A stretch of 63,662 nt of DNA, filler included, from Globobulimina sp. (Eukaryota): assembly GCA_003354225.1 (NCBI GenBank). It is 31 parts of 31 records of this genome, joined end to end, with 100 filler letters (N's around TTAATTAATTAA, not from the genome) between each part and the next. Parts side by side here need not be neighbours in the genome. Positions count along the whole stretch, not along the records: positions 47,315 to 49,270 come from PIVH01010225.1; positions 49,371 to 51,326 come from PIVH01010226.1; positions 51,427 to 53,382 come from PIVH01010227.1; positions 53,483 to 55,438 come from PIVH01010228.1; positions 55,539 to 57,494 come from PIVH01010229.1; positions 57,595 to 59,550 come from PIVH01010230.1; positions 59,651 to 61,606 come from PIVH01010231.1; 24 more parts are not named here. One strand, given 5' to 3'. A model generated the notes under the pieces. The model had not been told where the DNA came from and ran no database searches. It saw only the letters and a program-made list of their open reading frames with translations. Numbering within the stretch: position 1 is the first letter of the stretch; the number at the start of each line of letters is the position of its first letter. A program made the translations under genes and the position numbers. Positions 48,923-60,239 of the stretch are shown piece by piece.

Positions 48923-49555
48923 TTACCAATCATAAAAGCTCAGTTTTCATCACACACCAATTTCCACTTAAAACAGTAAGCAGTTTTTGCTTTTCCTCTA
49001 CAAACATTCAATATATTACCAGAATGGTATCCTAATTCATGATGCACAGCACATGCTCTGTCCCATATTTTTAAAACTGATCCATTAACCAACGAAATTT
49101 GCTCTACTTAATGTCAATTGACTTGTTCAACCGAGATGTTTCATTTCCATGATTTTCTGCTTGATTAGCAACCCATCTCAAATTAGAAGGAAGATTATTC
49201 TCAACATTTGTGTCAATATCTTGAACATTAGACTATGGCCAACTAAGTTTTTTTTGAGACCGTTACATTTNNNNNNNNNNNNNNNNNNNNNNNNNNNNNN
49301 NNNNNNNNNNNNNNTTAATTAATTAANNNNNNNNNNNNNNNNNNNNNNNNNNNNNNNNNNNNNNNNNNNNTGATAAATAATTATTATTTACATGAATTTG
49401 TAATAAACTTGCCATTCAAAATTCAGGGATTTACTTTATGTTAATTTGGTTTAATTTGACTTTAATTCGGAATTTAAGTATTAAAGGCAATAAAAAGTGT
49501 TAAAGGTTTTTTGTTGTTGATCTACTAAGTACTCAACTGGACGAATTCACGTGTG

Positions 49556-51052
49556 ATGAACTCATATTTACTATGTAAATCGTTCAACATTCCATTTAAA
49601 GGAATCTTTTTAAGTGGCAATATATTGGCATTGATATCGATTTTTATGTTAATGTTTATAATATCAACAACCGATTATAATGTTAAATTTAATATTATTA
49701 ATAATCATATTATAGAAGATCATAATTATAACATTAACAATAATTCGTCACAATCAACAGTGAAATTTTATATTTATCAAAGTTATTCTCAAGTAATCAA
49801 GGACTACTTTAAGAGTTGTAATGCCTCCTCGAAATATGGCGTACAACACAAAAATAGATATAGTCATTTAGGTGAAGCATATTTTAGTTTGAATCAATTA
49901 AAAAAACATAAATGGTATAATCCAAATTTAAATATCAATGATGCGGACATTATAATACTGCCAATTTATTTTACTATGGGAAGTTATGGTAAATGCAGCA
50001 ATGAAACAAATACATTCAGCACATTTGCAGCCAATTTCTTTGAAGAATTGTTGAATTTTTCCAATACTCAGAAAGCAAAACAAAAATATTTTGTGATGGC
50101 ACAAACTTTTGCGCTCTGCCGGCCGCGGCATTTACCGGGAATCAAGTCGTTCAAAAATAGCAGATATGTTACTTTGATTTTTGGTCATTTTGAAGATAAA
50201 GGCAAATGCGTTTGGTCTGCAAATAATATCCAAACAAATACCATTGTGGTGCCATATACATTGCCGCCGACAATGACATACAATCAATATAAAATATACG
50301 ACGATGCAAAAGATAGCATAGAAAACTTTCATCAAAGAAAATATTCTTTGTTTTTTATGGGCAGTGCCTGTGCGGAGATTTATAAAGGAATTTATTATGA
50401 TCGGAGATTAGCGGTTAAATACATGCGTATTTTAAATCAATTAAATGGTAATACTTCAAACAGTGATACTCACTTTGCAGTTGTTACAGATTATGCACTT
50501 AATAAAGGATATATTTCACTCGATTTATGCGATGCATCTCTCTCAATGTTACCATGCGGTTTAACTTGGACAAATTCTAAATTATTAAATTCAAACAATA
50601 GATTATATGCTTACGGTCTGAGACACAGTAAATTCAATTTAATGATACACGGCGATACTCCAACAAGCGGCAAATTTTATGATTCCATCGCTTTTAATTT
50701 AATCAACATATTTATAGGTGTCACCAAAGAGAACTTGTTTCAATATTTGCCGTTTTCCAATATTATTCCGTATGAAAACTTTGCATTTTTTATATCAATC
50801 GAACAGTTCAGAAATGAAGAAATTGGCATTGCGTTAATAAAAAATATCATTTATAATACATCGACACAGCAAATAAATGATATGATTGGCAATATGACCT
50901 TTTACAAAAAACACCTTCTATGGAACCATAAAGACTCTGTGGTCGTCGATAATATTATGGTTCAGGCAAAAAATATGCCATTATATAATTCACCGTATTT
51001 TGGTGTTGAAAGAAAATTGAATATAACGTGTCTAATGAAAAATAATTGTTAA
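49556..51052 (+). CDS. Exostosin-family (GT47) glycosyltransferase, type II membrane, intronless
   Basis: KFYIY, DADIIILP, VVPY, RKYSLFFMG, SKFNLMIHGDTPTSGKFYDSI, LPFSNIIPY. Confidence 0.85.
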   Translation: MNSYLLCKSFNIPFKGIFLSGNILALISIFMLMFIISTTDYNVKFNIINNHIIEDHNYNINNNSSQSTVKFYIYQSYSQVIKDYFKSCNASSKYGVQHKNRYSHLGEAYFSLNQLKKHKWYNPNLNINDADIIILPIYFTMGSYGKCSNETNTFSTFAANFFEELLNFSNTQKAKQKYFVMAQTFALCRPRHLPGIKSFKNSRYVTLIFGHFEDKGKCVWSANNIQTNTIVVPYTLPPTMTYNQYKIYDDAKDSIENFHQRKYSLFFMGSACAEIYKGIYYDRRLAVKYMRILNQLNGNTSNSDTHFAVVTDYALNKGYISLDLCDASLSMLPCGLTWTNSKLLNSNNRLYAYGLRHSKFNLMIHGDTPTSGKFYDSIAFNLINIFIGVTKENLFQYLPFSNIIPYENFAFFISIEQFRNEEIGIALIKNIIYNTSTQQINDMIGNMTFYKKHLLWNHKDSVVVDNIMVQAKNMPLYNSPYFGVERKLNITCLMKNNC

Positions 51053-51538
51053 ACGTTCTTTAAATTAATTGTTTGCTATAATTGTGTGTTTGTTATAGAT
51101 GCTCTCAAATATTTTTATATTATATTTTACATTTTTTACTTTTATTTTTTTCAATCCTTTCTCTATGCTCCATAATATTTTCAAACTTGAGCAGAAGATC
51201 TGTTTATTTAAGGTATTGTATTACGGTTATTTACATATAAAATCTCCGTCTGTTTGTATGCATAAAACGAAAAGTTTTGATTCTGTGCAGCTAAAATATT
51301 AATAAATAGTGGCTGCATTACCGTCTNNNNNNNNNNNNNNNNNNNNNNNNNNNNNNNNNNNNNNNNNNNNTTAATTAATTAANNNNNNNNNNNNNNNNNN
51401 NNNNNNNNNNNNNNNNNNNNNNNNNNCACATGTCGTGATCACGTTATCCGTTATCACCGTTGCGTTATCAGTGCAAAGTGTTATCGAAAACGTAGCCACG
51501 CACAAGTGTCAAAATGGTGTTCTAACCACCTATCAACA

Positions 51539-52699
51539 CTACGCTTGCACAAATTTATCATATTCATACTCATCACTCCAAGCCACAAAATCTGCCTTTC
51601 TGTGTTTTTCCCAAATCTGTTTATCCCATTTATTTTTAAATTTTGCAAATATAAATTGACTCAAGGCAATGACATATATTATCCCCGACACAATCCAATG
51701 CCAAACAAAATCCGTGTCATTATGAATATTAATAGCAATGCCAATCATCATTGTGGCAAATACTGAATAAGACAGAGTAACAAACAAATCAATTGATGAC
51801 GGAAATGCTGCTCTTGGCATTTCAGGAACTAATTCACTTCGACCAGCAGCAATGGTCAATAATAATGTGGCAATAAATGACATTTGATCTATTCCAGTCT
51901 CCATAACGTACGATACAAATGCCAGTCCAACAATTAGTACCAATGGGAATATATTATAAAGCACATAATGCATTGATTTACGCCTCACTCTCAATTGAAT
52001 GGTAAGGAATCTTGATTCATCAGCTCTATTCACTCTGTTTTCAACCCACGGAGGGAATAGCTCCCATTCTTTCTTTGCAGGCTCTAAAATTGTCATTATT
52101 ATCGGCACATTGTGTCCCCAGTCATTGATTGCTTCGTCAATCCCTTTTCCTGTCAACCATTTTGGTGCTTTGTCTACAAACTTATAGCCATTATATGTAA
52201 GACCAATATACATATTTAATATTTGACTATCAAACGGGAAATCATTTAATTCCAATCCTTGGCCAAAATAGCCTTCAAATGATAGTTCCATATACCAGAT
52301 TTTCTCTGTTTTTTTAAATAAGTTAACGGCAAGAAATGATATTGTTTCTGTAGAATTTACAAAGAACCAAGCCGGCTCGTAAAGATATCCAAAAGGAGTT
52401 ACATCTTCGATTAATTTTTCAATCTTTTCTGCTTTTTCACTGTGACCTGTCTCTGATAAATGTGGCAATAAATCAATAAATGGACATCCATAATGGAGAT
52501 TTGGTTTGTTATATTTGGTCAAATATTGTTCCAATTCGCGCATTGTTTCAACATCATCAACTTTCCAATATACATTCAAAAATGCTTTGCTTTTGAATTG
52601 TTCATGAGTCCAATCTATGTCTTTTAACCATAACAATATAGTACACCATATTTCTAATGGCCTAGACTCGTTTTGCTCGCTCTTCTCCTCTGTTGACAT
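51539..52699 (-). CDS. Cys-less pentameric ligand-gated ion channel subunit
   Basis: LELNDFPFDSQ Pro-loop, LRVRRKSMHYVLYNIFP pre-M1, four TM helices including SFIATLLLTIAA (M2). Confidence 0.8.
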   Translation of the reverse strand: MSTEEKSEQNESRPLEIWCTILLWLKDIDWTHEQFKSKAFLNVYWKVDDVETMRELEQYLTKYNKPNLHYGCPFIDLLPHLSETGHSEKAEKIEKLIEDVTPFGYLYEPAWFFVNSTETISFLAVNLFKKTEKIWYMELSFEGYFGQGLELNDFPFDSQILNMYIGLTYNGYKFVDKAPKWLTGKGIDEAINDWGHNVPIIMTILEPAKKEWELFPPWVENRVNRADESRFLTIQLRVRRKSMHYVLYNIFPLVLIVGLAFVSYVMETGIDQMSFIATLLLTIAAGRSELVPEMPRAAFPSSIDLFVTLSYSVFATMMIGIAINIHNDTDFVWHWIVSGIIYVIALSQFIFAKFKNKWDKQIWEKHRKADFVAWSDEYEYDKFVQA

Positions 52700-52769
52700 G
52701 ACAACGTTGCTGAAAAATGTTAAGCTATTTCGTGAAACTCCGAACGAAAACAAGATTGAATATGTTTAA

Positions 52770-53382
52770 TTAATCAAGCACAAACTCATTTAATTTGATT
52801 ACTTTCGCTAAATTGCCATTCAACACATCCAAAACCTGTCGGTGATGCTTCTCATCCCAATCAGCACAGCAATCCCCAATAACATATGTTTCATATCCAC
52901 GGGCAAAGGCACTTAACACTGAATGTAATATACACATTTTAGTGACCAACCCACAAAAATATAATCGTTTTATCTTATTTGATTGTAAATATGCATTCAA
53001 TTCTGTGTTTAAAAATGCATCAAATGTCCTTTTAATAATTAATTTTTCATCATCTAAAACCTTACAAAATGTCTCAGCAGTGCCCTTTGCAGGTTTTGCA
53101 GGCTCATTTGGGTTCATTTTGTCCCACCACGGCATCCATAATGATTCAGCATTGTCAATTTGTCGAGTATGGATTATTTGTAATTTATTCTCTTTTGATA
53201 ATTTGCGTGCATTTAATAACAATAATTGTATTTGTTGAGGAAATTTGGGAAATGCATTGCTTACACCTTTATCATTTGTATAGTATTCCTTTTGCACATC
53301 CACTAATATCAAAGCAGAGTTACATTTATTGTCAGTGTCTTCTTGTTTATTCTCATCTTGTTTCGCTTCAACCGCAGCTGCA
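52770..53382 (-). CDS. Isochorismatase-family cysteine hydrolase; 5' truncated
   Basis: SALILVDVQ, KRTFDAF, GLVTKMC (D-K-C triad), VIGDCC. Confidence 0.88.
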
Positions 53383-55538
53383 NNNNNNNNNNNNNNNNNN
53401 NNNNNNNNNNNNNNNNNNNNNNNNNNTTAATTAATTAANNNNNNNNNNNNNNNNNNNNNNNNNNNNNNNNNNNNNNNNNNNNGGCTAGGTTATTTTGCGC
53501 TCCTTGGTTATTCGAAAGAAAACTGTCGGTCGTAGTATCAAAAATATAAAAATTATTATAAAATGTCATCAATTGAAGTTGTTATTGTTATTTTGACAAT
53601 TTTGTATTTTCTTCAACAACTTAGTAAAAGATTGCGAAAAAGATTCTGCAAACCAAATTCAACTACCGAAAAATCGTGGTGGTGGGTCGAAACAATTTTA
53701 ATGGTTATTATTGCCGTAGTTGGATTGATCAAATTAGTAATGGTGAGCGCAAAACTATTTTTAGTAAAGTATCGTAGAAAATTCTTCGACCGTTTAGTTA
53801 TCGTAAAAACGGCCAGAATGATGTTCTTTGTACGGACTCGATTGGTACTTGGGGCCTGTTTGGCGTAAAAAGGGCATAAATATTTATGATCAGGTTTTTT
53901 GTAAAATATGCAAAGAAATACCCTAAGGCGTAACTCGTCTATTCCTAGATATAGCCACGTGGTCGGTTTAGTACGGTTTTGGTCAGGCGGATAGTATGGA
54001 TTTGGTATAGTCTGCCGACATAGTCATAAAAACGTCTTCAAGGTACATAATAGTTGTACGGTTGAGCTATTCTAGCGAGGACAACACAATATATTACATA
54101 TAGTATAATACGCACCATGCTGCATTTGCTGTGGTGATGTATATTGGGTAAATTTTAGGAAATGGGACAATAGAAGAGCAAAGAGAAAGGAATAGGAGAA
54201 GAGAAAAAGATCAGCATATAGATATTAGATTGTAGTAGTTTCGTTAGTATAAATAAATATTAAATGAAACTTGGGATCGATAGGAGATTTTAGACATTAC
54301 GTTTTAAATACACATACACATTTCACTAAATAATATGGTTGGGGATATAGTATAAGGGAGTGTTTAATCGTTTATCTATATTAGGATATTTAGTGCACAT
54401 TTCGGTTGCACGTACATCGTATCGTTTTACGTACAAACAGCACTAGGTATATAGACACATAGTAGGTTTAAAACACACATAAAATACGCATTCAATGGTA
54501 TCTGGATATGGATGCTGAATTATTCTATCAATGTGCAACCATATGGTCGTCAATATCCTTGCTGCTGTGTGTATGGATAATGCCTAACGGATTTAACACT
54601 TTTTGGTGAGTTAAAATTAACCTTTTTAGTAGTATTTTGGTTAGAATGAATATTTTGCCCTAAAATTTTTTCTAAACTTTCTTTCTAAATATTTTCGAAA
54701 ACGTACATTACGTACGAATTATGGGTGAAGTATTTATTTCGGGTTTTTAATGTATTAATAGTGTCACCATTCAATTTTGCCAGGTGTGACCTTGTACGTA
54801 GTACTAGAGTATACACGCGCCGAACATAAATGCGTGTCTCTTAGGGCGCTGAGAACGATCAATCTAGTTCTGAGCCGTTTGTTTACATTTTTGTACCATA
54901 TTGGCTTGCGTCCAAAATTTGGATGGGAAGGGATTATGTAATGATGACATCATTAAAATAATGCTATATTACTACCGTACTATCGTAGTAATAATAAGTA
55001 CTACATATTAGACTGGTTACTGTGAATATGGTAACATAGTTGATACTATGGGTAAACTAACATCACTAATGCACATGCACTCACAAAAAACGTACGGTTT
55101 ACGAAAAAGGACCATGGATATAATATAATAGGATATTGGGCTTGAGCTGATAAAAGCGGTTGCTGCTGTTTCTACTATTTTCAGCTGCAATATGGTCATA
55201 ATGAGGCAATACGACCGCAATGCAATGTCAAGTGCCATCTGTCCCTCGTGTCGATTGACCATGTGATGTGATTCCTTCCGTGCAAGATCAGGAATGGTTC
55301 AAATCTATCAAATTCCTTTCGGACCGGATGTGAGGCGCAGTTCTTGGCGATGAAGCCTGATGGAACCACTCAAACCTGGCCAAGCACTCAAGGTCATCAA
55401 AAGGGGAACATGGAGGCATATGATGTTATTACATCATCNNNNNNNNNNNNNNNNNNNNNNNNNNNNNNNNNNNNNNNNNNNNTTAATTAATTAANNNNNN
55501 NNNNNNNNNNNNNNNNNNNNNNNNNNNNNNNNNNNNNN

Positions 55539-56131
55539 CGGCAGAGATAATGTGTTTATTATTTGAATCTGATAAATCGATGCCATTATATATTGAGGAT
55601 ACATTTAATATGTTTAGATTTAGTAAAAAAACATTAAATATAAATTTGCATTCACTTTCAAAATATCCCTCAGTTTTACAAGATTTGATTGTGGAGTCAT
55701 CATATTCTGTGGGTAAGGATAGAGATAATGTGTCATATAAAGAGATTATTGGTGGCACAAATTTATTGAAGAGTAGTTTGATAAATTTATTTCCAAATTT
55801 GGATCATATTGTTATTCAATGTACAGGTAGTGGTGGATATCGTTCATTTCAATTTTCATTATGTGGTTTATTGGATATTTTAAGTGAAACAAGAAAAAGA
55901 AATAAAATAAAATGTTCATTATATGGCGTATGGAAGGATTGTGATGAAGGGAGTGATAGTGATGAAGTGAGTGCAGAAGGGAGTGGAGATAGACGAAGTT
56001 GGTTATATTTTGTATATTCATCAATCTCCTCATCATTAAATATTAAATATCTGAAAATTAAAATATCAATGCAACAAACAAGTGATAGTAAAGGTCGTAG
56101 AAAAGATTTATTAATTTTTGACTGTGTGTGA
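55539..56131 (+). CDS. C-terminal domain of an ART-like family member; 5' truncated
   Basis: YIEDTFNMF..KKTLNINL and LINLFPNL match YLQNIFNHF..QTVISID and LIRLFPKV in the gene at 61707-63662. Confidence 0.5.
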
Positions 56132-56331
56132 TTGTTATTTATGTGTATTAATGGTGTCTGGTCGCTATTTTTTTGTTAAGCGAAATGTTACCTACTTAAT
56201 GTCAACCAGTTCGTTAATTGAGATTTGATATCGGGCTTTATATTATTTATAAGACTCCCCTCGATCATACTGTACAAGAAACGGTAAAATATATAAATTA
56301 TTTTATTATTATTATTATTTATATGCTCAAA

Positions 56332-57492
56332 CTACAACGAGACGTCGTTTAATTGCTGAATCAATGAGAATATTTTCTCTTTGTTGGGATCTTTGTGTTG
56401 TTCTTTTTTGATGGCTTTCATTTGCAGAACAAAGTCGATCATAAAGCGTGAATTTGTATAATTTGTGTGGCCATTTCCATTTTGTCGGATCAAATGAATT
56501 TTTTCGTGATGTAACTGCAACTCAACAATGTGAGCGCCATACAAATGTTTTGACGGATTTCTTTTTTTAATTTTGTATTTTGCACAAATCAAATTCCAAA
56601 ACTTGTGCCAATCCGCAATCTCATTCAAATCATCCAAAGCAATCCCCTTCGATTGCATATCGCGTACAATTTGCGTCCGTTTCCGCTCATATTCGAATTT
56701 CCCGTTTAAACTCCAAGCATTCCAATCCGCGCTGTCATCGAAGATCTGCCGCCATTTATTCTTATTCAACCAGTCCGGATTCAGAAATCTAAGATTTATC
56801 AACAAATCGCGATAACCAAAGATCCCATGATACTGCGGATCGAAGCGATTCTTAAATCGCACAATTTCGAGAATGCGCTGCTCGCCGTACTCGCCAGTTT
56901 GCCATTGGTGTAATTTGAACAAAGCGTCGCGGATCGCCTTCATGTCCGGCAACAGCACGCCTGCTCTGGCCACATCTTTGAGAAAATCGTATTGCAAAAC
57001 CCAGCCATCCTCCACTCCATCGCCGCCACTCTGAGCCGCAGCCACCAGTACCTCCTCGCTGCCAATTCTTTGGATCATTCGCGTGCACATTTTCTCCACG
57101 CAGCGAGGCGCTTTCTTGACGCCCGGATCGTCCTCGTTTATGCCGTGCACCGCCTCCGCCAATCTGCGCGATAATTGCTGCACCGCCACATGTGCATTCT
57201 GGGCAAAACGCCGCAATTCCAGCAAATCTGAATGAATTTGACGGTCACTTTTAATCATTACATAACCGGTACCATCATTGTCATCGTCATGGTCGGCTTT
57301 CTTCTCTTTCTCTTCCTGGCAATCCTCGCTTTTGTCAATTAAATATTGCATTTCGTCCAATTTCTCCACCACTCCGTAGATCGCATCATTGCCGGAATAG
57401 TACGCCAACTCCATCGGTTTGCCAATGATTTGCTTGTTGTACTCCTGCAAATACTGCAACTTGTCGCTGATCAACGAGGCGATGATGGGCTT
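56332..57492 (-). CDS. RelA/SpoT-type nucleotidyltransferase (alarmone synthetase-like) domain protein; 5' truncated
   Basis: GVKKAPRCVEK, LKDVAR, RFKNRF, GYRDLLIN, IVELQL, GHTNY in the canonical synthetase motif order. Confidence 0.75.
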   Translation of the reverse strand, partial: KPIIASLISDKLQYLQEYNKQIIGKPMELAYYSGNDAIYGVVEKLDEMQYLIDKSEDCQEEKEKKADHDDDNDGTGYVMIKSDRQIHSDLLELRRFAQNAHVAVQQLSRRLAEAVHGINEDDPGVKKAPRCVEKMCTRMIQRIGSEEVLVAAAQSGGDGVEDGWVLQYDFLKDVARAGVLLPDMKAIRDALFKLHQWQTGEYGEQRILEIVRFKNRFDPQYHGIFGYRDLLINLRFLNPDWLNKNKWRQIFDDSADWNAWSLNGKFEYERKRTQIVRDMQSKGIALDDLNEIADWHKFWNLICAKYKIKKRNPSKHLYGAHIVELQLHHEKIHLIRQNGNGHTNYTNSRFMIDFVLQMKAIKKEQHKDPNKEKIFSLIQQLNDVSL

Positions 57493-57968
57493 ACNNNNNN
57501 NNNNNNNNNNNNNNNNNNNNNNNNNNNNNNNNNNNNNNTTAATTAATTAANNNNNNNNNNNNNNNNNNNNNNNNNNNNNNNNNNNNNNNNNNNNATGAAT
57601 AAAGAATTGCATGCATTGAGGAAACAATCACTTAAACCAAATAAAATGGAACAAATGGAACCACAGAGTTTATTTCGATATAAGTCATGTAACAAATGGG
57701 ATGTTGAAGATGTAGAGACAGAGAAACATGCGATGCGAGAACAAATTATACATTTAATACAGAGTAACAGCAACAAAAAATCTTCCATTGCCCAAACAAG
57801 TGCACGTGCAACAAAATAATAACACAAGTTGTTGCTTGAACCAACTTGGATGATATTTAAGTATCAATCAATGTTATTAGTTGTATTGTTTTGGCAAGTG
57901 TTTCACTGATAATTTTATTTGATGAAGATAGTTAACTCAGAGCTCAGCAAAGTATTTATATTTTGAAC

Positions 57969-59550
57969 ATGCACGTAGTAGATTTAGATTACGTCGACAT
58001 CATAGTGATATGCCAACTATGCATAGGATACTTCATTTTCGTACCAACATTGATATATTACTGTTATCAATTTAACAAAATCGATGCTAACTCCTATATG
58101 CTCAAACATCGTAATAAACGGCTAGTGAATTACATGAATATATTATCGATACTATCCCTCAGCATAGAAATACCATTTGAAGCAGTCATCAATGTATCAA
58201 ATATAGTGAACAAAGCAACATATCATTGGAAAACATATGCAACAACACATGTTTTCATGTGCGGCTTATTCGTTTTATTCGCCATTAAATCGTGGTTATT
58301 ATATTATAATTTTGAATACCATGTATCGCTAAGCAAATTAGTATGGAAGAAAAGAATAAATCCACGCTATCGGTCCTGGTACATACTGAACAAAAATAAA
58401 TATGGTGACTTAACACATTGCCTACGCATTCTTATAATACCTTTCATTATCTACCACTTAATTGAAATGTGCATGCAATTTGTATTTAAAACCTGTTTTT
58501 TTGTGTATACGGCAGTGATTGTATCATTATTTGCAGTCATTCCGTCATTTATTTTGTACCGACGTCTAAAACATAGAAACGGTGCGTTTACGTTTCACCT
58601 CAAGAAATTTATGGACATATTTTATCAACAAATCACAATCTATATATTAATCATAATTGTTTTCCTCAAATTTATTGCACAGATAATCATTAAATTGGTT
58701 GCAAATATTCCAACTGATGTGGTGCTGCGAGTGGACAGATTGTTAAATGTAATCATTTTATCCGTAGTTATATTTTTAATATCTGTCATTTCCAGCGGCT
58801 ATCCCGTCAAAGTCAAAGTAGCTGACAGTACATCGCAAGAATGCAATTTACAACGATATGCCTCTACCGTTAAGGCACAGTTTGGCGTTAAACCAATGCT
58901 AAAATGTATTGCGGACACGAAAGGCTTTGATGCTTTCATGAAACATTTAGTTTAGCCGTCTGTTTAGAGCTTAACATATATATTTATATTTTATTGACGT
59001 TTAGGTTGAAGAGTTTGCAATGGAAAGCATGCTTTTTTTGTGTGAATATATTCAAATTAAACACGAATTGCAGAAAAAATACCAAGGCTTAATTAAAATT
59101 AAAAAAACGCAATTTTATGGGCATAATGCATGTGATCATGATGCAAATGATGAATATGTTGTGATTGATTTTAATGTGATCAATGTGGATAAGTCAACGT
59201 TTGCGGGAGGCATAGAATCGCCGCCTTCCATTATTAAACAAATATTAACGTCGAGAATGGACAATGATATATTTGGCCGAAGCGAGACAACCTCCGTCAG
59301 GCGCGGACGTGGAGTGTATTCATATTTATATACATCCAATGGAGATCTCTGGCATATTATAAGATTGCCGGCTCGCTTACCTAAGGCAGAATTATTAAAT
59401 ACAAATCACGACTTCACTCATCGGCTATATGCATTGTATAGAAAATATATTGAAATAGACAGCATTCATGAGATCAATATACCGAATGCCCAAAGACAGG
59501 CAATTGCAAAAATATTTGATAATATGGAGATGGAAAAAGAAATGGAGGGA
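57969..59550 (+). CDS. 7TM-RGS fusion protein; intron 58950-59004; 3' truncated
   Basis: Multiple TM helices, then GFDAFMKHL|VEEFAMESMLFL and LYRKYI...HEINI RGS motifs. Confidence 0.82.
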
Positions 59551-60022
59551 NNNNNNNNNNNNNNNNNNNNNNNNNNNNNNNNNNNNNNNNNNNNTTAATT
59601 AATTAANNNNNNNNNNNNNNNNNNNNNNNNNNNNNNNNNNNNNNNNNNNNTATACAGGAGGCCATAGAAACTGATTCCAGTATTCTTGCAACTAAAACCG
59701 TTTATACATATCACATATCACATAACATAAAAAACATTTATTATAGTATGAGAATCATAGTATGCATATATGTATATTTATATAATATAAGTGTCTATTG
59801 ATTTGAAAAAAATTCCAGAAATTTATGATAGTTATAAAGAAGCCTGCAGTGTATTAATTTTTATTTCTCGTATTTTTATTTCTCGTGTAAAATTAATACA
59901 CTTTGCACTCTGACATTCTTATAGATAATTACATCCAACATCATGTTTATGGGATATATAGATATATAAATAATTAAATTAATATATCTATATATGTATA
60001 TAATATTATATAGCTAGCTACG

Positions 60023-60223
60023 CATCGCAACAAACATCCAGGGTCGAGGGGATCTAATATTGTTATTTACAAATAAATATTTTCTAAATTGACATTACTT
60101 CCACAAACTTGCACCGATTTGCTTTTTTTTTTTTACTTACAAAACTAATATATCATAATTTCAGATCGTGAATTTTTTCAATGGAGAAATGTTTAGATCC
60201 CCTCCTGGATGTTTGTTGCGATG
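60023..60223. mobile_element. MITE-like element with ~31-35-bp terminal inverted repeats
   Basis: CATCGCAACAAACATCCAGG(GTCG)AGGGGATCTAA ... TTAGATCCCCTCCTGGATGTTTGTTGCGATG with an AT-rich interior. Confidence 0.7.
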
Positions 60224-60239
60224 ATGTTAGAACTAGCAT

